NCBI GenBank assembly: GCA_944358985.1
Contig: CALVSI010000004.1
Span: 28,102-92,101 of the forward strand
Origin: an uncultured Bacilli bacterium
GTDB taxonomy: Bacteria > Bacillota_I > Bacilli_A > RFN20 > CAG-826
DNA length: 64,000 bases
Reading direction: 5' to 3'
Shown here: one piece after another, positions 30,904-41,965 of the stretch
Position numbering within the stretch: the stretch's first letter is position 1
How the letters are laid out: each line of letters begins with the position of its first letter
Translations under genes and position numbers: made by a program
The notes under the pieces: model-generated
Database searches by the model: none
The model's input: only the letters and a program-made list of their open reading frames with translations
What the model was told of the DNA's origin: nothing

Positions 30904-31574
30904 TTTATAACGTTATTTTATTTTGCATAAGTTTATTATTTTTGTTTTTAGGACTTGTTTTTTTGATTTTAAATTATTTTAAAACGAAACACGAAAAATA
31001 CGATTTTAGAAATCACTACATTTATGAATTGATATTGCAAAAAAAAGAAAAATATTACTATTTCGGTGTAATATCTATAGTTATCGCTTTATTACTTCTT
31101 GTTGGAATTTATATTAATTTTGCTTTTTATAAAATAAACATCGAAAATTCTAATATACTAGTCGTTTACTTTTTTTGTGTAGTCATTGGGCTTTTTTTAA
31201 TTTTGCCGATTTTGTTAGTCTCGTTAATTAGCATGTATAATTACAAGCAACATTTGATTGGTGATATAATTTTATTTCTTTTATCGACTCTTTTAAGTTC
31301 TTGTATCGCAATTATTGGATTTTTTTCGCTTATGCAAGGCGTTGATATTAAAAGCTTAATTATCGGTTCTGCAGCGGTAATTTTTATTATTTTAAGTTTT
31401 ATAATGATATTTAATAAAAACCTTTTAACGTGGTATAAGATGGGCGAAAAAATAAATGATGATGGTACAAAAACATATTCTAGAAAAAAATATTTTCCAC
31501 TTTGTTATAGTGAATGGATTTACATTGGATTTTATTATATCAATACATTATTGTTAATTATTCTTTTTATTTAA
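30900..31574 (+). CDS. Hypothetical polytopic membrane protein
   Basis: ATGA overlap with the rpe stop. About six hydrophobic segments. No recognisable family. Confidence 0.5.
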   Translation: MIYNVILFCISLLFLFLGLVFLILNYFKTKHEKYDFRNHYIYELILQKKEKYYYFGVISIVIALLLLVGIYINFAFYKINIENSNILVVYFFCVVIGLFLILPILLVSLISMYNYKQHLIGDIILFLLSTLLSSCIAIIGFFSLMQGVDIKSLIIGSAAVIFIILSFIMIFNKNLLTWYKMGEKINDDGTKTYSRKKYFPLCYSEWIYIGFYYINTLLLIILFI

Positions 31575-31577
31575 AAT

Positions 31578-31608
31578 AAAAAAACGACCATTGGGTCGTA
31601 ATTTTTTT
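31578..31608. terminator. Bidirectional intrinsic terminator
   Basis: ACGACC-attg-GGTCGT stem flanked by an A-run and a T-run, between convergent genes. Confidence 0.7.
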
Positions 31609-31792
31609 ATCGAGTTTTATTGAGGGTTCGATAAGCGTGAGCAGACATTCTAATTGTCTGGACTTTACCATCAACTTCTACTTTAAATTTTTGTAAATTT
31701 GTATTCCATTTACGTCTTGTTGCACGTAATGAATGGCTACGATTATTACCGCTGACGGGTCCTTTTCCTGTTACAGGGCACACTCTTGACAT
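31607..31792 (-). CDS. rpmB: 50S ribosomal protein L28
   Basis: MSRVCPVTGKG N-terminus. GGAGG lies 7 nt upstream of ATG 31792. Confidence 0.93.
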   Translation of the reverse strand: MSRVCPVTGKGPVSGNNRSHSLRATRRKWNTNLQKFKVEVDGKVQTIRMSAHAYRTLNKTR

Positions 31793-31848
31793 CTGATACA
31801 CCTCCTAATTAATTCGCTTAAAGATAATACCATAGGAAGAAAATATTA

Positions 31849-32325
31849 TCAATATTTTTCTTTTTTTGGCACTCTTAAATTTTTTATTTCACCATATTTA
31901 GCTATTAATTGTTCATAAGTTAAAAGGTTATGACATTTTTCTAACATGGTTTCATAGACAAGTTTTTTTGAATCAAAAACTAGATAACGAACATCTTTTT
32001 TATTTGTCACAAATAAAATCATTTTATGTTTTTCACTATATTGCTTATCAATATAAACAATATCGTTAAAGTAGTAATACAAAACTTTTTTAAAACGATG
32101 GACAATTATACATTTGCTTTCAACGATATAGAAATTGTATAAAATGCTAATAATATAGAACACTATACTTGAGATTATCCAAAGAAAAATGATGATATAT
32201 TGTCTAAAATCCCAAGGCCAATCAAGAAATATCGGAAACAAAAAAGAAAAAATCAATGCTCCGCATAATAGCATTGCCCCAATAAATGTCAATGTTATTC
32301 TTAAAGGATTTTGCCTAATTTTCAT
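31849..32325 (-). CDS. Hypothetical membrane protein (two or three N-terminal TM segments plus a soluble C-domain)
   Basis: Start placed at ATG 32325; the track start at 32328 is TTG. No family recognised. Confidence 0.5.
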   Translation of the reverse strand: MKIRQNPLRITLTFIGAMLLCGALIFSFLFPIFLDWPWDFRQYIIIFLWIISSIVFYIISILYNFYIVESKCIIVHRFKKVLYYYFNDIVYIDKQYSEKHKMILFVTNKKDVRYLVFDSKKLVYETMLEKCHNLLTYEQLIAKYGEIKNLRVPKKEKY

Positions 32326-32332
32326 CAAAGTA

Positions 32333-32341
32333 ATTATATCA
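32333..32341 (-). promoter_or_regulatory. Extended -10 TGATATAAT, 7 nt upstream of ATG 32325; candidate leaderless promoter
   Basis: Minus strand reads TGATATAAT-TACTTTG-ATG with no Shine-Dalgarno sequence. Confidence 0.4.
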
Positions 32342-32428
32342 ATTTAAAAAGCATAACAACAATAATATTTTATTTCAAAAAATATTAGCAATTTGTTAAA
32401 ATGAATTATAAGACAAGAGGTATACGTT

Positions 32429-33544
32429 ATGGCTAATAAAGTTATTGCAGTAGTTTTAGCTGGTGGAAAAGGAACTCGTTTAGAATTTTTGACAAAAAAA
32501 ATTGCTAAACCTGCGGTTAGTTTTGCAGCAAAATATCGAATTATCGATTTCCCATTATCAAATTGCACTAATTCACAAATTCCTGTCGTTGGTGTTTGTA
32601 CACAATATGAATCCACTCTTTTAGATTCTTACATAGGTAATGGTGAAAAATGGGGATATAATGGTATTCATTCTTTGATGAGTACTTTAGCACCAAGACA
32701 AACGCAAGAAGGCGCCAATTGGTATCGAGGGACAGCGGATGCTATTACGCAAAATATTGATTGGATTGATAGTCAACATCCAGACGTGGTCTTGATTTTA
32801 TCTGGCGATCACATTTATAAAACAACTTATGATGAAATGATAGAATTACACAGAAAAAGCGAAGCGGAATGTACAATATCAGTCATGGAAATTGATATTA
32901 AAGAAGCTTCTAGATTTGGCGTTTTGCAAGTTAATGAAAATGATGAAATAATTGGCTTTCAAGAAAAACCACGTGAACCTAAATCTAATCTTGTCTCAAT
33001 GGGTGTTTATGTTTTTAATTGGAAAACACTTAAAAAGTTTTTAAAAGATGATGAAAAAGATGAAAAATCTGTTCATGATTTTGGAAAAAACATCATTCCA
33101 AACATGTTATTAAAAAAGAGAAAAATGAAAGTTTACCGCTATAAAAAATATTGGAAAGATGTTGGAACTATTAAATCATTACATGAAGCAAACATGGATT
33201 TATTAAATGATCATGATTCTTTGGGCTTATTTTCTAGTGAAAATGGCATGATTTATACAGAAGATACCCATTCTGTCCCACATTATATTGGACGAAGAGC
33301 TAAAATAACTCGTAGTTTGGTAAATCAAGGGGCGATTATATTAGGAAACATTGATAATTGTGTTGTTTCTGATGAAGTAATTGTCGAACAAGGAGCGGAA
33401 GTATCTCGTTGTGTGATTATGTCTGGTTCAACGATACAAGCAGGGGTGAAAATTAAAAACGCCATTATCGCCCCAAATACAAATATTGGCGATAAAAGAG
33501 AAATTAATTTAGAGGGCGATGATGTCGTCTTAGTTAATCATTAA
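32429..33544 (+). CDS. glgC: Glucose-1-phosphate adenylyltransferase
   Basis: VLAGGKGTRL and FQEKP motifs, with a left-handed beta-helix C-terminus. Confidence 0.92.
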   Translation: MANKVIAVVLAGGKGTRLEFLTKKIAKPAVSFAAKYRIIDFPLSNCTNSQIPVVGVCTQYESTLLDSYIGNGEKWGYNGIHSLMSTLAPRQTQEGANWYRGTADAITQNIDWIDSQHPDVVLILSGDHIYKTTYDEMIELHRKSEAECTISVMEIDIKEASRFGVLQVNENDEIIGFQEKPREPKSNLVSMGVYVFNWKTLKKFLKDDEKDEKSVHDFGKNIIPNMLLKKRKMKVYRYKKYWKDVGTIKSLHEANMDLLNDHDSLGLFSSENGMIYTEDTHSVPHYIGRRAKITRSLVNQGAIILGNIDNCVVSDEVIVEQGAEVSRCVIMSGSTIQAGVKIKNAIIAPNTNIGDKREINLEGDDVVLVNH

Positions 33545-33558
33545 TTTTGGAGGTAATT

Positions 33559-34686
33559 ATGAATACTCGTCGTATACTTGGCTTTTGTGATTTACACACT
33601 TCACCTTTGATTCCTAATTTAAATGATCGACGCGCTCTTGGTTCAGTAACTTTTTTAGGACGATTTGCCATTATGGATTTTACATTATCTAACTTTACAA
33701 ACTCATCTATTGATACTGTTTGTATTTTAGCTCATCGTTTTCCTCATTCAGTTTTAGGCCATATTCAAAGCGGTGGTGTTTGGACAATGAATACTAAAAT
33801 TGGTTTTGAAAATATATTTTTCAATGAAAATGGTCTAAATAGACCATCGTGGAATACCGATATTAATAATATCATTGCTAATTCGAACCAATTAAAAAAC
33901 GTTATTGATAGTTATGATTATGTTGTTGTTGCTCCTGCTCATTATTTGAGTAGTATGGATTTCCGTCCAATCATCGACCAACACATTAGAGCAAATTCAA
34001 AAATAACTTCTGTTTATGTTCCTATTTTTGATGGAAAGAAAAATTTTACAAAATCTACATTAGTTACTTTAAATAATGATGGCAGTATAAAATCATTTAA
34101 ACGCAACTCAAAAATAAAAGATGATATTAATGTTAGTTTAGATACATTCGTCATATCAGTAGATGTATTTTTGGATATTATTAATCGTGCCCAAAAAATT
34201 AATAAGACATTTAATATCTCCGATATGGTAAATTGGCTGCTAAAAAACGAAAATATGCGAATTGATGCTTATAAATTTGAACATTATGTCATCCCAATTA
34301 TGTCATTAAAAGATTATGTGAAAAATTCATTTGACCTTTTAAAATATGAAAATCGTCGAAAATTATTTAGACATGATTGGCCAATTTATACTAGAACGCA
34401 TGACACCCCACCTGCAAAATATCTTGATAACGCTAATGTTAAAGATAGTATTATTTCAAATGGATGTTTGATTAATGGTCGAGTTGAACATTCAATTTTA
34501 TCAAGAAATGTAGTGGTGGAAAAAGGGGCAGTAGTTACTAATAGTATTATTTTTACTGATTCTATCATTTATAAAAATTGTAAAGTAAATCACATCATTA
34601 CTGATAAAAATGTATCAATTTCAGCAAATATCGAAGGAAAGGAAGACGAACCAGTTTTCGTCAAAAGTGGAAACAATAATTTATGA
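33559..34686 (+). CDS. glgD: Glucose-1-phosphate adenylyltransferase regulatory subunit GlgD
   Basis: GlgC paralogue lacking the GGxGxRL motif, positioned between glgC and glgA. Start at ATG 33559, after GGAGG. Confidence 0.8.
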   Translation: MNTRRILGFCDLHTSPLIPNLNDRRALGSVTFLGRFAIMDFTLSNFTNSSIDTVCILAHRFPHSVLGHIQSGGVWTMNTKIGFENIFFNENGLNRPSWNTDINNIIANSNQLKNVIDSYDYVVVAPAHYLSSMDFRPIIDQHIRANSKITSVYVPIFDGKKNFTKSTLVTLNNDGSIKSFKRNSKIKDDINVSLDTFVISVDVFLDIINRAQKINKTFNISDMVNWLLKNENMRIDAYKFEHYVIPIMSLKDYVKNSFDLLKYENRRKLFRHDWPIYTRTHDTPPAKYLDNANVKDSIISNGCLINGRVEHSILSRNVVVEKGAVVTNSIIFTDSIIYKNCKVNHIITDKNVSISANIEGKEDEPVFVKSGNNNL

Positions 34687-36122
34687 AAATAGCAATGGTA
34701 GCAAGCGAAGCTAATCCAATCGCAAAAACCGGCGGTTTAGCAGATGTTGTATATGCTTTAAGTGAACAATTAGTCAAATTAAATCAAGAAGTTATTATTA
34801 TTTTACCTTTTTATTCTAATGCCTATAACACTATTAAATCTAAAGTTGATTATGTGACAAATTTTGTTGTTTATATGTCCTGGAGACAAGCTAATTGTGA
34901 TGTTTATAAAACTCAAATTAGCGGTATTACTTATTATTTGTTAGCAAATAATCAATATTTTAATCGCGGTCATTTTTATGGTGACTTTGATGATGGTGAA
35001 AGATTTGCTTTTTTTACGATGGCTAGTAAAAAATTATTAGAAGTCATTTCTTATCAGCCAGACATTATTCATATTCATGATTGGCAAGTTGGAATGTTGC
35101 CTCTTTTAATTAAAAAAGAGAAATTATATAATCCAAGTTTTAAAAATAGCAAATTTGTTTTAACAATACACAATCCAGCATTTCAAGGAATGTTTCCTAA
35201 ATCGATTTTAGGTGATTTTTATAATCTAAGTGATGATTATTTTAATAATGGTGATGTTGAATTTTTCGGCCAAGTTTCTACATTAAAAACAGCGATTGTC
35301 TTTTCTGATAAAATCACGACTGTTTCTCCTACACATCGTGAGGAATTATTAACAAAAGATGGTTCAAAAGGTCTTGATGTTGTGTTGCGTTATAGGGAAT
35401 ATGATTTTTGTGGCTTTTTAAATGGAATAGACACTGTTGAATTTAATCCTAATGAAGATCTTAAAATTACCAAGACTTACAATTTGCGTTCATTTAAAAG
35501 TGGGAAATTAGCAAACAAAAAAGAATTATTAAATCGTTTCCATCTAGATGATGTTAATCGTCCGCTTTTTGTTTTGGTTTCGCGTTTAACATGGCAAAAA
35601 GGAATTAATATTTTAATACCAACATGCTATCAATTAGTTGAAAATGGTGCCAACATTATAATTCTTGGAAGTGGTGAATATGCTTTGGAACAAGACTTTG
35701 AAAGATTAAGAGGAACTTATCCTAACAATGTTGGAATTTATATTGGGTATAACGATGAATTAGCACATCAATTATACGCATCAGGCGATTTCTTTTTAAT
35801 GCCATCTTTGTTTGAACCATGCGGTATTGGTCAGATGATTGCTCAAAGATATGGAACTTTGCCAATAGTTAGAAGAACTGGCGGTTTGAAAGATTCTGTT
35901 ATTGGATATGATAATTACAATTTGGAAATTGCTAATGGATTTGGCTTTGATGATTATTCATATGAGGCATTATTAAATACTTGTTTGTATGCTTTAGATG
36001 TTAAAAAAGATGAGAAAGTATTTAATACTTTAATAAAAAATGCATTAAGAGTTGACCACTCCTGGCTTACTAGTGCAAAATTGTATCTGGGCTTATATCA
36101 AGATGCTTTGAAAAACAAGTAA
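34683..36122 (+). CDS. glgA: Glycogen synthase (ADP-glucose type)
   Basis: N-terminal KTGGLADVV and a GT5 family C-terminus. ATGA overlap with glgD. Confidence 0.92.
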   Translation: MKIAMVASEANPIAKTGGLADVVYALSEQLVKLNQEVIIILPFYSNAYNTIKSKVDYVTNFVVYMSWRQANCDVYKTQISGITYYLLANNQYFNRGHFYGDFDDGERFAFFTMASKKLLEVISYQPDIIHIHDWQVGMLPLLIKKEKLYNPSFKNSKFVLTIHNPAFQGMFPKSILGDFYNLSDDYFNNGDVEFFGQVSTLKTAIVFSDKITTVSPTHREELLTKDGSKGLDVVLRYREYDFCGFLNGIDTVEFNPNEDLKITKTYNLRSFKSGKLANKKELLNRFHLDDVNRPLFVLVSRLTWQKGINILIPTCYQLVENGANIIILGSGEYALEQDFERLRGTYPNNVGIYIGYNDELAHQLYASGDFFLMPSLFEPCGIGQMIAQRYGTLPIVRRTGGLKDSVIGYDNYNLEIANGFGFDDYSYEALLNTCLYALDVKKDEKVFNTLIKNALRVDHSWLTSAKLYLGLYQDALKNK

Positions 36123-36136
36123 ATAGAAGGAGTAAG

Positions 36137-38548
36137 ATGAATATGGGTTATAATCATCAACAAATAGAACAAAAATGGAAAAAAATATGGGAAGATAATA
36201 AAACGTATTATTGCGATACTAAAGATTTTAGCAAACCAAAATATTATGTTTTAGATATGTTTCCTTATCCATCTGGTCAGGGATTACATGTTGGTCATCC
36301 AGAAGGTTATACTGCTTCTGATATCATGGCAAGAATGAAAAGAATGCAAGGCTATAATGTCTTACATCCAATTGGTTGGGATGCTTTTGGCTTACCTGCC
36401 GAACAATATTCAATAAAAATGAATCAACATCCTTATAATTTTACCAAAGCTAATATAGAAAGATTTAAAAAACAAATTCAGTCGTTTGGTTTTTCTTATG
36501 ATTGGGATAAGGAAATTGCGACATGCGATCCTTCATATTATAAGTGGACACAATGGATATTTTTAAAGATGTATGAAAAAAAATTAGCATATATTGATTT
36601 TAGACCTGTTAATTTTTGTCCTGCTCTTGGAACAGTTTTAGCAAATGAAGAAGTCATAGATGGTAAAAGCGAAGTTGGTGGTTTTGAAGTAATTCGTAAA
36701 TCAATGCGTCAGTGGTTATTAAAAATTACTGATTACGCTGATAAATTATTAGATGGTCTTGATGATTTAGATTGGCCAAATTCTACTTTAGAAATGCAAA
36801 AAAACTGGATTGGTAAATCAATAGGTGCAATTGTTAATTTTAAAATTAAAGGCCATGATGATTTATCATTTGATGTTTTTACAACTCGTGTCGATACACT
36901 TTATGGTTGTTCTTATACTTGTTTAGCACCTGAGCACCCTTTATTAGACAAAATTGTTACAAAAGAGCATTTAGAAGAAGTTAAAAAATATCAGGAAGAA
37001 GTTTTACATAAATCTGAATTAGATCGTCAAAAGGTTAATAAAGATAAAACAGGTGTTTTTACTGGTGCTTACGCTATTAATCCGATAAATAATGAAGAAG
37101 TTCCAATTTATGTTGCGGATTATGTTTTATTAAGTTATGGAAGCGGTGCAGTTATGGCTGTTCCAAGTCATGACCAACGCGATTTTGAATTTGCCAAACA
37201 ACACAATTTAAAATTTAAAAAAGTTATTGAAAATGATTTAGTTGATCAAGCTTATGTGGATGATGGTCCTCACATCAATAGCGGTCTTGCAAATGGAAAA
37301 AATATTCAACAAGCCAAAGAAATAATTTTGGAAGAATTAAAAAAACTTGGATGTGGAAAAGAAAAAATATCATATAAATTGCGCGATTGGTTGTTTTCAA
37401 GACAACGTTATTGGGGCGAGCCAATACCGATGATTATTATGGATGATGGTAGTCTTTATCCTTTACATGAAAGCGAATTACCACTTGTTTTGCCTGAACT
37501 AGATGAATATAAGCCTTCAGGAACTGGTGAATCTCCTCTTGTTCACGCTAAACAATGGTTGAATGTTGTTATTGATGGAAAACATGGCTTAAGAGAAACT
37601 AATACTATGCCACAATGGGCAGGTTCTTGTTGGTATTATATTCGTTACATTGATCCGCACAACGATAAAGAAATTGGCGATAAAAAATTATTAGATCATT
37701 GGTTACCTGTTGATTTATATATTGGCGGTGCAGAACACGCTGTGTTACATTTACTTTATGCGAGGTTTTGGCATAAATTTTTATACGATGAAGGTGTTGT
37801 TTCTTGCAAAGAACCATTCAAGAAATTGTTTCATCAAGGAATGATTTTAGGTTCAAATGGTGAAAAAATGTCCAAGTCGCGAGGTAACGTCGTTAATCCG
37901 GATGAATTAATTATTCAATATGGTGCAGATGCTTTAAGACTTTATGAAATGTTTATGGGACCATTAGAAGCATCTTTACCTTGGTCGAGTCAAGGATTAG
38001 AAGGTGCCAGAAGATATTTAGATCGCGTTTATAGAATTTATAGTGAAAAAGAATATCTAGATAAATTTTCCGATGAAAATTCACACGAACTTGATTTTTC
38101 TTACAATTTTTTAGTTAAAAAAGTTACACAAGATTTTGAAAAATTGCAATTTAATACAGCAATTTCTCAAATGATGATATTCATAAATGATGTTTATAAA
38201 GCTAAAAGTTTATATCGTCCATATATGGAAGGATTTGTGAAATTATTATCATGTATATGTCCATTTTTAGGAGAAGAAATTTATCAAAGCTTAGGCCATA
38301 AGGAGCTAATTGATTATACTAGCTGGCCAATTTATGATGAAAACCTTATTAAACTTGATAATGTAACTATTGCTATTCAAGTAAATGGAAAGTTACGTGG
38401 AAGTGTAGAAGTTAAAAAAGATATTGAAGATGACGATTTAAAAGAAATTGTTTTCAAATTAGATTCAATAATCAAACACACAAAAGATAAACAAATAAAA
38501 AAAGTTATAGTAGTTAAAAACAAAATAGTAAATATTGTCGCAATTTAA
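36137..38548 (+). CDS. leuS: Leucyl-tRNA synthetase
   Basis: HVGHPEGY (HIGH) and KMSKS motifs; 803 aa. Confidence 0.96.
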   Translation: MNMGYNHQQIEQKWKKIWEDNKTYYCDTKDFSKPKYYVLDMFPYPSGQGLHVGHPEGYTASDIMARMKRMQGYNVLHPIGWDAFGLPAEQYSIKMNQHPYNFTKANIERFKKQIQSFGFSYDWDKEIATCDPSYYKWTQWIFLKMYEKKLAYIDFRPVNFCPALGTVLANEEVIDGKSEVGGFEVIRKSMRQWLLKITDYADKLLDGLDDLDWPNSTLEMQKNWIGKSIGAIVNFKIKGHDDLSFDVFTTRVDTLYGCSYTCLAPEHPLLDKIVTKEHLEEVKKYQEEVLHKSELDRQKVNKDKTGVFTGAYAINPINNEEVPIYVADYVLLSYGSGAVMAVPSHDQRDFEFAKQHNLKFKKVIENDLVDQAYVDDGPHINSGLANGKNIQQAKEIILEELKKLGCGKEKISYKLRDWLFSRQRYWGEPIPMIIMDDGSLYPLHESELPLVLPELDEYKPSGTGESPLVHAKQWLNVVIDGKHGLRETNTMPQWAGSCWYYIRYIDPHNDKEIGDKKLLDHWLPVDLYIGGAEHAVLHLLYARFWHKFLYDEGVVSCKEPFKKLFHQGMILGSNGEKMSKSRGNVVNPDELIIQYGADALRLYEMFMGPLEASLPWSSQGLEGARRYLDRVYRIYSEKEYLDKFSDENSHELDFSYNFLVKKVTQDFEKLQFNTAISQMMIFINDVYKAKSLYRPYMEGFVKLLSCICPFLGEEIYQSLGHKELIDYTSWPIYDENLIKLDNVTIAIQVNGKLRGSVEVKKDIEDDDLKEIVFKLDSIIKHTKDKQIKKVIVVKNKIVNIVAI

Positions 38549-38610
38549 TTTAAAATAATAAGAGAAATAATTAATTCTACGATACTTTTATAGATTGTAA
38601 GGAGGGAATT

Positions 38611-39375
38611 ATGAATAATATTTTAATCGATATTGGAAATACGACAATTCAAGTAGCAATCTATCAAGATGATAACTTGATAATTCGTCATATTGTATCC
38701 ACAGATTTAAATAAAGCAGAAGGCGATTATTATATTACTTTTTTTAATCTTTTCAATGCTTATTTAAATACCAACATTAGTCATATTATTATTTCTAGTG
38801 TCGTTCCATCATTAAACGCTACTATTAAGAGCATTTTTAAACAATTGTTTAATGTCGAACCATTAATTTTAGGTCTTGGTTTTAAAACAAAAGTTATTTT
38901 TAAAATTGATAATATTAAAGAACTAGGAAGCGATATTATTTGTGATGTATGTGGGGGAATTAAAAAATATTCTTACCCATTAATCATCGTTGATCTTGGA
39001 ACAGCTTCTAAAATATTGCATGTTGATCAAAACGGAGTTTTTACTGGCTGTATTATCGCTCCTGGAATTGCTTTATCTAAACAAACTTTGACAAAAAATA
39101 CCGCACTTTTACCGGATATTGATTTTAATTTACCGAAAAATATAATAGGTAAAAATTCTATTGATGCTATTAAAAGCGGCGTCATATTTGGACATGCTCT
39201 AATGATTGAAGGGTTTGTTAATAAAATTAAAGAAGAATATAAATTACCATATAAAACAATCTTAACAGGCGGAAACGCTAGAATCGTAAAAGAAATATTA
39301 ACAGAAAAAGGTTATATTTTTGATGATACTTTACTTTTAGATGGCTTAAATGAAATATTAAAGAAAAACATATGA
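38611..39375 (+). CDS. coaX: Type III pantothenate kinase
   Basis: IDIGNTT phosphate-1 motif and an ASKHA fold pattern; 254 aa. Confidence 0.88.
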   Translation: MNNILIDIGNTTIQVAIYQDDNLIIRHIVSTDLNKAEGDYYITFFNLFNAYLNTNISHIIISSVVPSLNATIKSIFKQLFNVEPLILGLGFKTKVIFKIDNIKELGSDIICDVCGGIKKYSYPLIIVDLGTASKILHVDQNGVFTGCIIAPGIALSKQTLTKNTALLPDIDFNLPKNIIGKNSIDAIKSGVIFGHALMIEGFVNKIKEEYKLPYKTILTGGNARIVKEILTEKGYIFDDTLLLDGLNEILKKNI

Positions 39376-41351
39376 AAAATAAGAAAACACTACAAATTTG
39401 CATTGACGCTAGCTTTTTAGCAATCATTATTATTTTAACTTTTGTACCTTATCTTGGGTTTATTTCCATTCCAGGGACACCGATTTCTTTTACTATTATC
39501 CATGTAGTCGTTTTACTTGGTGCAATGTTATTCGGCTTTAAAGAAGGATTGCTATTTGGTTTTATATTTGGTTTATGTTCTTTAATAAAAGCTGCAACTA
39601 TGCCACAAGCAATAACTGATCCATTATTTGTTAATCCGCTTATTTCTATTTTGCCTAGAATGATTTTTGGTGGTTTAAGTGGGTTATTTTTCTCACTTGT
39701 TAAAAAAACAAATAAGCCACTATTAACATACATTTTATTTTATGTTTTGTGTGGTCTAATGACTTTATTTCATTCTTTTTTAACATTGTCAGTTTTATAT
39801 CTTTTCAACATGAACAGTCCATATTTTTCTGATGGCTATTTAATTCTTATTTCTTCTGTGATTTCAATTAATGGTATAATTGAAATAGTTTTAGCAATTG
39901 TGGTTACTCCAAACATTGCCTTAAGTTTATTCAAAGGGTTTCCACAGCTTACTAATTCGCCGTTTTTAGGAGTATCATTTATGCAAAAAAAATTAAATTA
40001 TAAAGTAATGTTGAAGCCATATAAAGAAGAAGCGATTTTAAATCTTAGGGATTTTATTGCAATAAATTCAACATATGATGAAAAGACCATCGATGAAAAT
40101 AATCCATTTGGAAAAGGAGTTAGTGAAGCTTTAAATTATATTAGTCAATTAGCTAAAAATGATGGTTTTAGTGTTACAAATTATGGAAATAAAATTGTTG
40201 AAATTCTTTATGGTGAAGGAGAAAAAAATATTACCATCATGGCTCACGCGGATGTTGTTCCTGCAACTGGTAATTGGTCTAATGATCCTTTCAATATGGT
40301 TATTAAAAATGACATTTTATATGGTCGAGGTGTAAGTGATGACAAAGGTCCATTAATGTGTTGTTATTATGCTTTAAAAGCTATTAAAAACTATAATTTA
40401 GCCAAAGGTTATCAAATACGTTTTCTTGTTGGAGGTAACGAAGAAAGCGGTTCTCTTGGTATGAAATATTATTTTGAAACATTAAAGAAAAATCAACCAA
40501 CATATGGTTTTTCTCCTGATGCAGATTGGCCGATTATTTTTGCGGAAAAAGCAATTATGAATTTTAATGTTACTTATTTTAAAGCTTTAAAAGATGTTAT
40601 TTCAATAAGTGGCGGGGTAGTTTCTAATGCAGTTATTGATAAAGTTGTTCTAAAAATTAAAAATGAAAATTTATTTAATTTTTTAAGACGAAATGAAGTT
40701 GTTGATGAATCGATTTTTAAAGACAACGTCTATCAAATTATTCATTATGGTAAATCCGCACATGGTTCCACTCCTGAATTAGGTAAAAATGCTGTATTAG
40801 AATTATTAAGTGTTTTAGCAAAATATTATCAAGATGATGATTTGACTAATTTTTATAATGCGATATCACCTCTTGATGGAAAAGGTTTAAATATCGATAA
40901 AGTTAGTAAGGAAATGGGACATAATAGTTTAAATCTTGGCCTATTTAATTATGAAAACAATAAGATGGAACTGACTTTTAATTTTAGATTTGTCGATGGT
41001 TGTGATGTTAATCTTTTAAAAGAAAATATTCGATTAAAATTAAAAGACTGTTTAATAAATTTTGACGAGCCTAGTAAACTATTATACTATCCTAAAAAAT
41101 CCAAATTAATTAAGACATTATTAAAGTCTTATCAAAAAATTACAAAAGATAAAAAATCTAAGCCAATTGCAATCGGTGGTGGAACTTATGCAAAGGAAGC
41201 TGATAATGTTGTAGCGTTTGGCATGCAATTTAAAGATTTTGACACGCATATGCATGAAAGTGATGAATGTATTCGTCTTGATGATTTTAACAAATCAATG
41301 GAAATTTATTTAGACGCAATTCTTTCGCTTGGAAAGTTAATAAAAAAATGA
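39372..41351 (+). CDS. In-frame fusion of an ECF-transporter S-component-like six-TM domain (PanT-like by context) and an M20 dipeptidase (PepV-like)
   Basis: The first ~200 aa carry six hydrophobic helices. From M204 (ATG 39981, with AGGAG at 39968-39972) a complete PepV-like enzyme follows, with HADVVPA, GRGVSDDKGP and GGNEESGS. No stop codon separates the two parts. Confidence 0.75.
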   Translation: MKNKKTLQICIDASFLAIIIILTFVPYLGFISIPGTPISFTIIHVVVLLGAMLFGFKEGLLFGFIFGLCSLIKAATMPQAITDPLFVNPLISILPRMIFGGLSGLFFSLVKKTNKPLLTYILFYVLCGLMTLFHSFLTLSVLYLFNMNSPYFSDGYLILISSVISINGIIEIVLAIVVTPNIALSLFKGFPQLTNSPFLGVSFMQKKLNYKVMLKPYKEEAILNLRDFIAINSTYDEKTIDENNPFGKGVSEALNYISQLAKNDGFSVTNYGNKIVEILYGEGEKNITIMAHADVVPATGNWSNDPFNMVIKNDILYGRGVSDDKGPLMCCYYALKAIKNYNLAKGYQIRFLVGGNEESGSLGMKYYFETLKKNQPTYGFSPDADWPIIFAEKAIMNFNVTYFKALKDVISISGGVVSNAVIDKVVLKIKNENLFNFLRRNEVVDESIFKDNVYQIIHYGKSAHGSTPELGKNAVLELLSVLAKYYQDDDLTNFYNAISPLDGKGLNIDKVSKEMGHNSLNLGLFNYENNKMELTFNFRFVDGCDVNLLKENIRLKLKDCLINFDEPSKLLYYPKKSKLIKTLLKSYQKITKDKKSKPIAIGGGTYAKEADNVVAFGMQFKDFDTHMHESDECIRLDDFNKSMEIYLDAILSLGKLIKK

Positions 41352-41962
41352 GAACTAAATACAAACAATGGGCTAATGATTTGCTTTTAGAAAGAAAAGA
41401 TCTTCTTTACGAGAATTTTGATAATTTTATTTATGATGATAAAAAAATAATTTTAGAAATTGGTTCTGGAAAAGGAGAATTTTTAGCAAAAATGGCTTTT
41501 AGATTTCCAAATTATTTTTTTGTTGGTGTTGAAAAAAATACAACTTGTGCGGGGATTACCCTAAAAAAAATCATTAATAATCAATTAGATAATGCAAGAT
41601 TGATTTGTGATGATATTAATGATGTAATTGCTTCGATTAAAGAAAATTCAATCGAAGGTATTATTTTAAATTTTTCTGATCCTTGGCCTAAGAAAAGACA
41701 TCACAAACGAAGATTAACAAACGAAAATCTTATTTTAAAATATTATGAAATTTTAAAAAAAGATGGGTTTTTAAATTTTAAAACTGATAATCGGCAATTA
41801 TTCGATGATTCTATTAAATATTTTAGCCGTTCGCCATTTAAAATTTTAAAAATAGATTACGATTATAAATTTGATTCATCTTTTGATGAAATTACCGACT
41901 ATGAAATGTATTATCGTGATTTAAACCAACCTATATATAAAATTTATTTAATAAAGGAGTAA
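41348..41962 (+). CDS. trmB: tRNA (guanine46-N7)-methyltransferase
   Basis: EIGSGKGEF SAM motif and FSDPWPKKRHHKRRL. Confidence 0.92.
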   Translation: MRTKYKQWANDLLLERKDLLYENFDNFIYDDKKIILEIGSGKGEFLAKMAFRFPNYFFVGVEKNTTCAGITLKKIINNQLDNARLICDDINDVIASIKENSIEGIILNFSDPWPKKRHHKRRLTNENLILKYYEILKKDGFLNFKTDNRQLFDDSIKYFSRSPFKILKIDYDYKFDSSFDEITDYEMYYRDLNQPIYKIYLIKE

Positions 41963-41965
41963 ATT

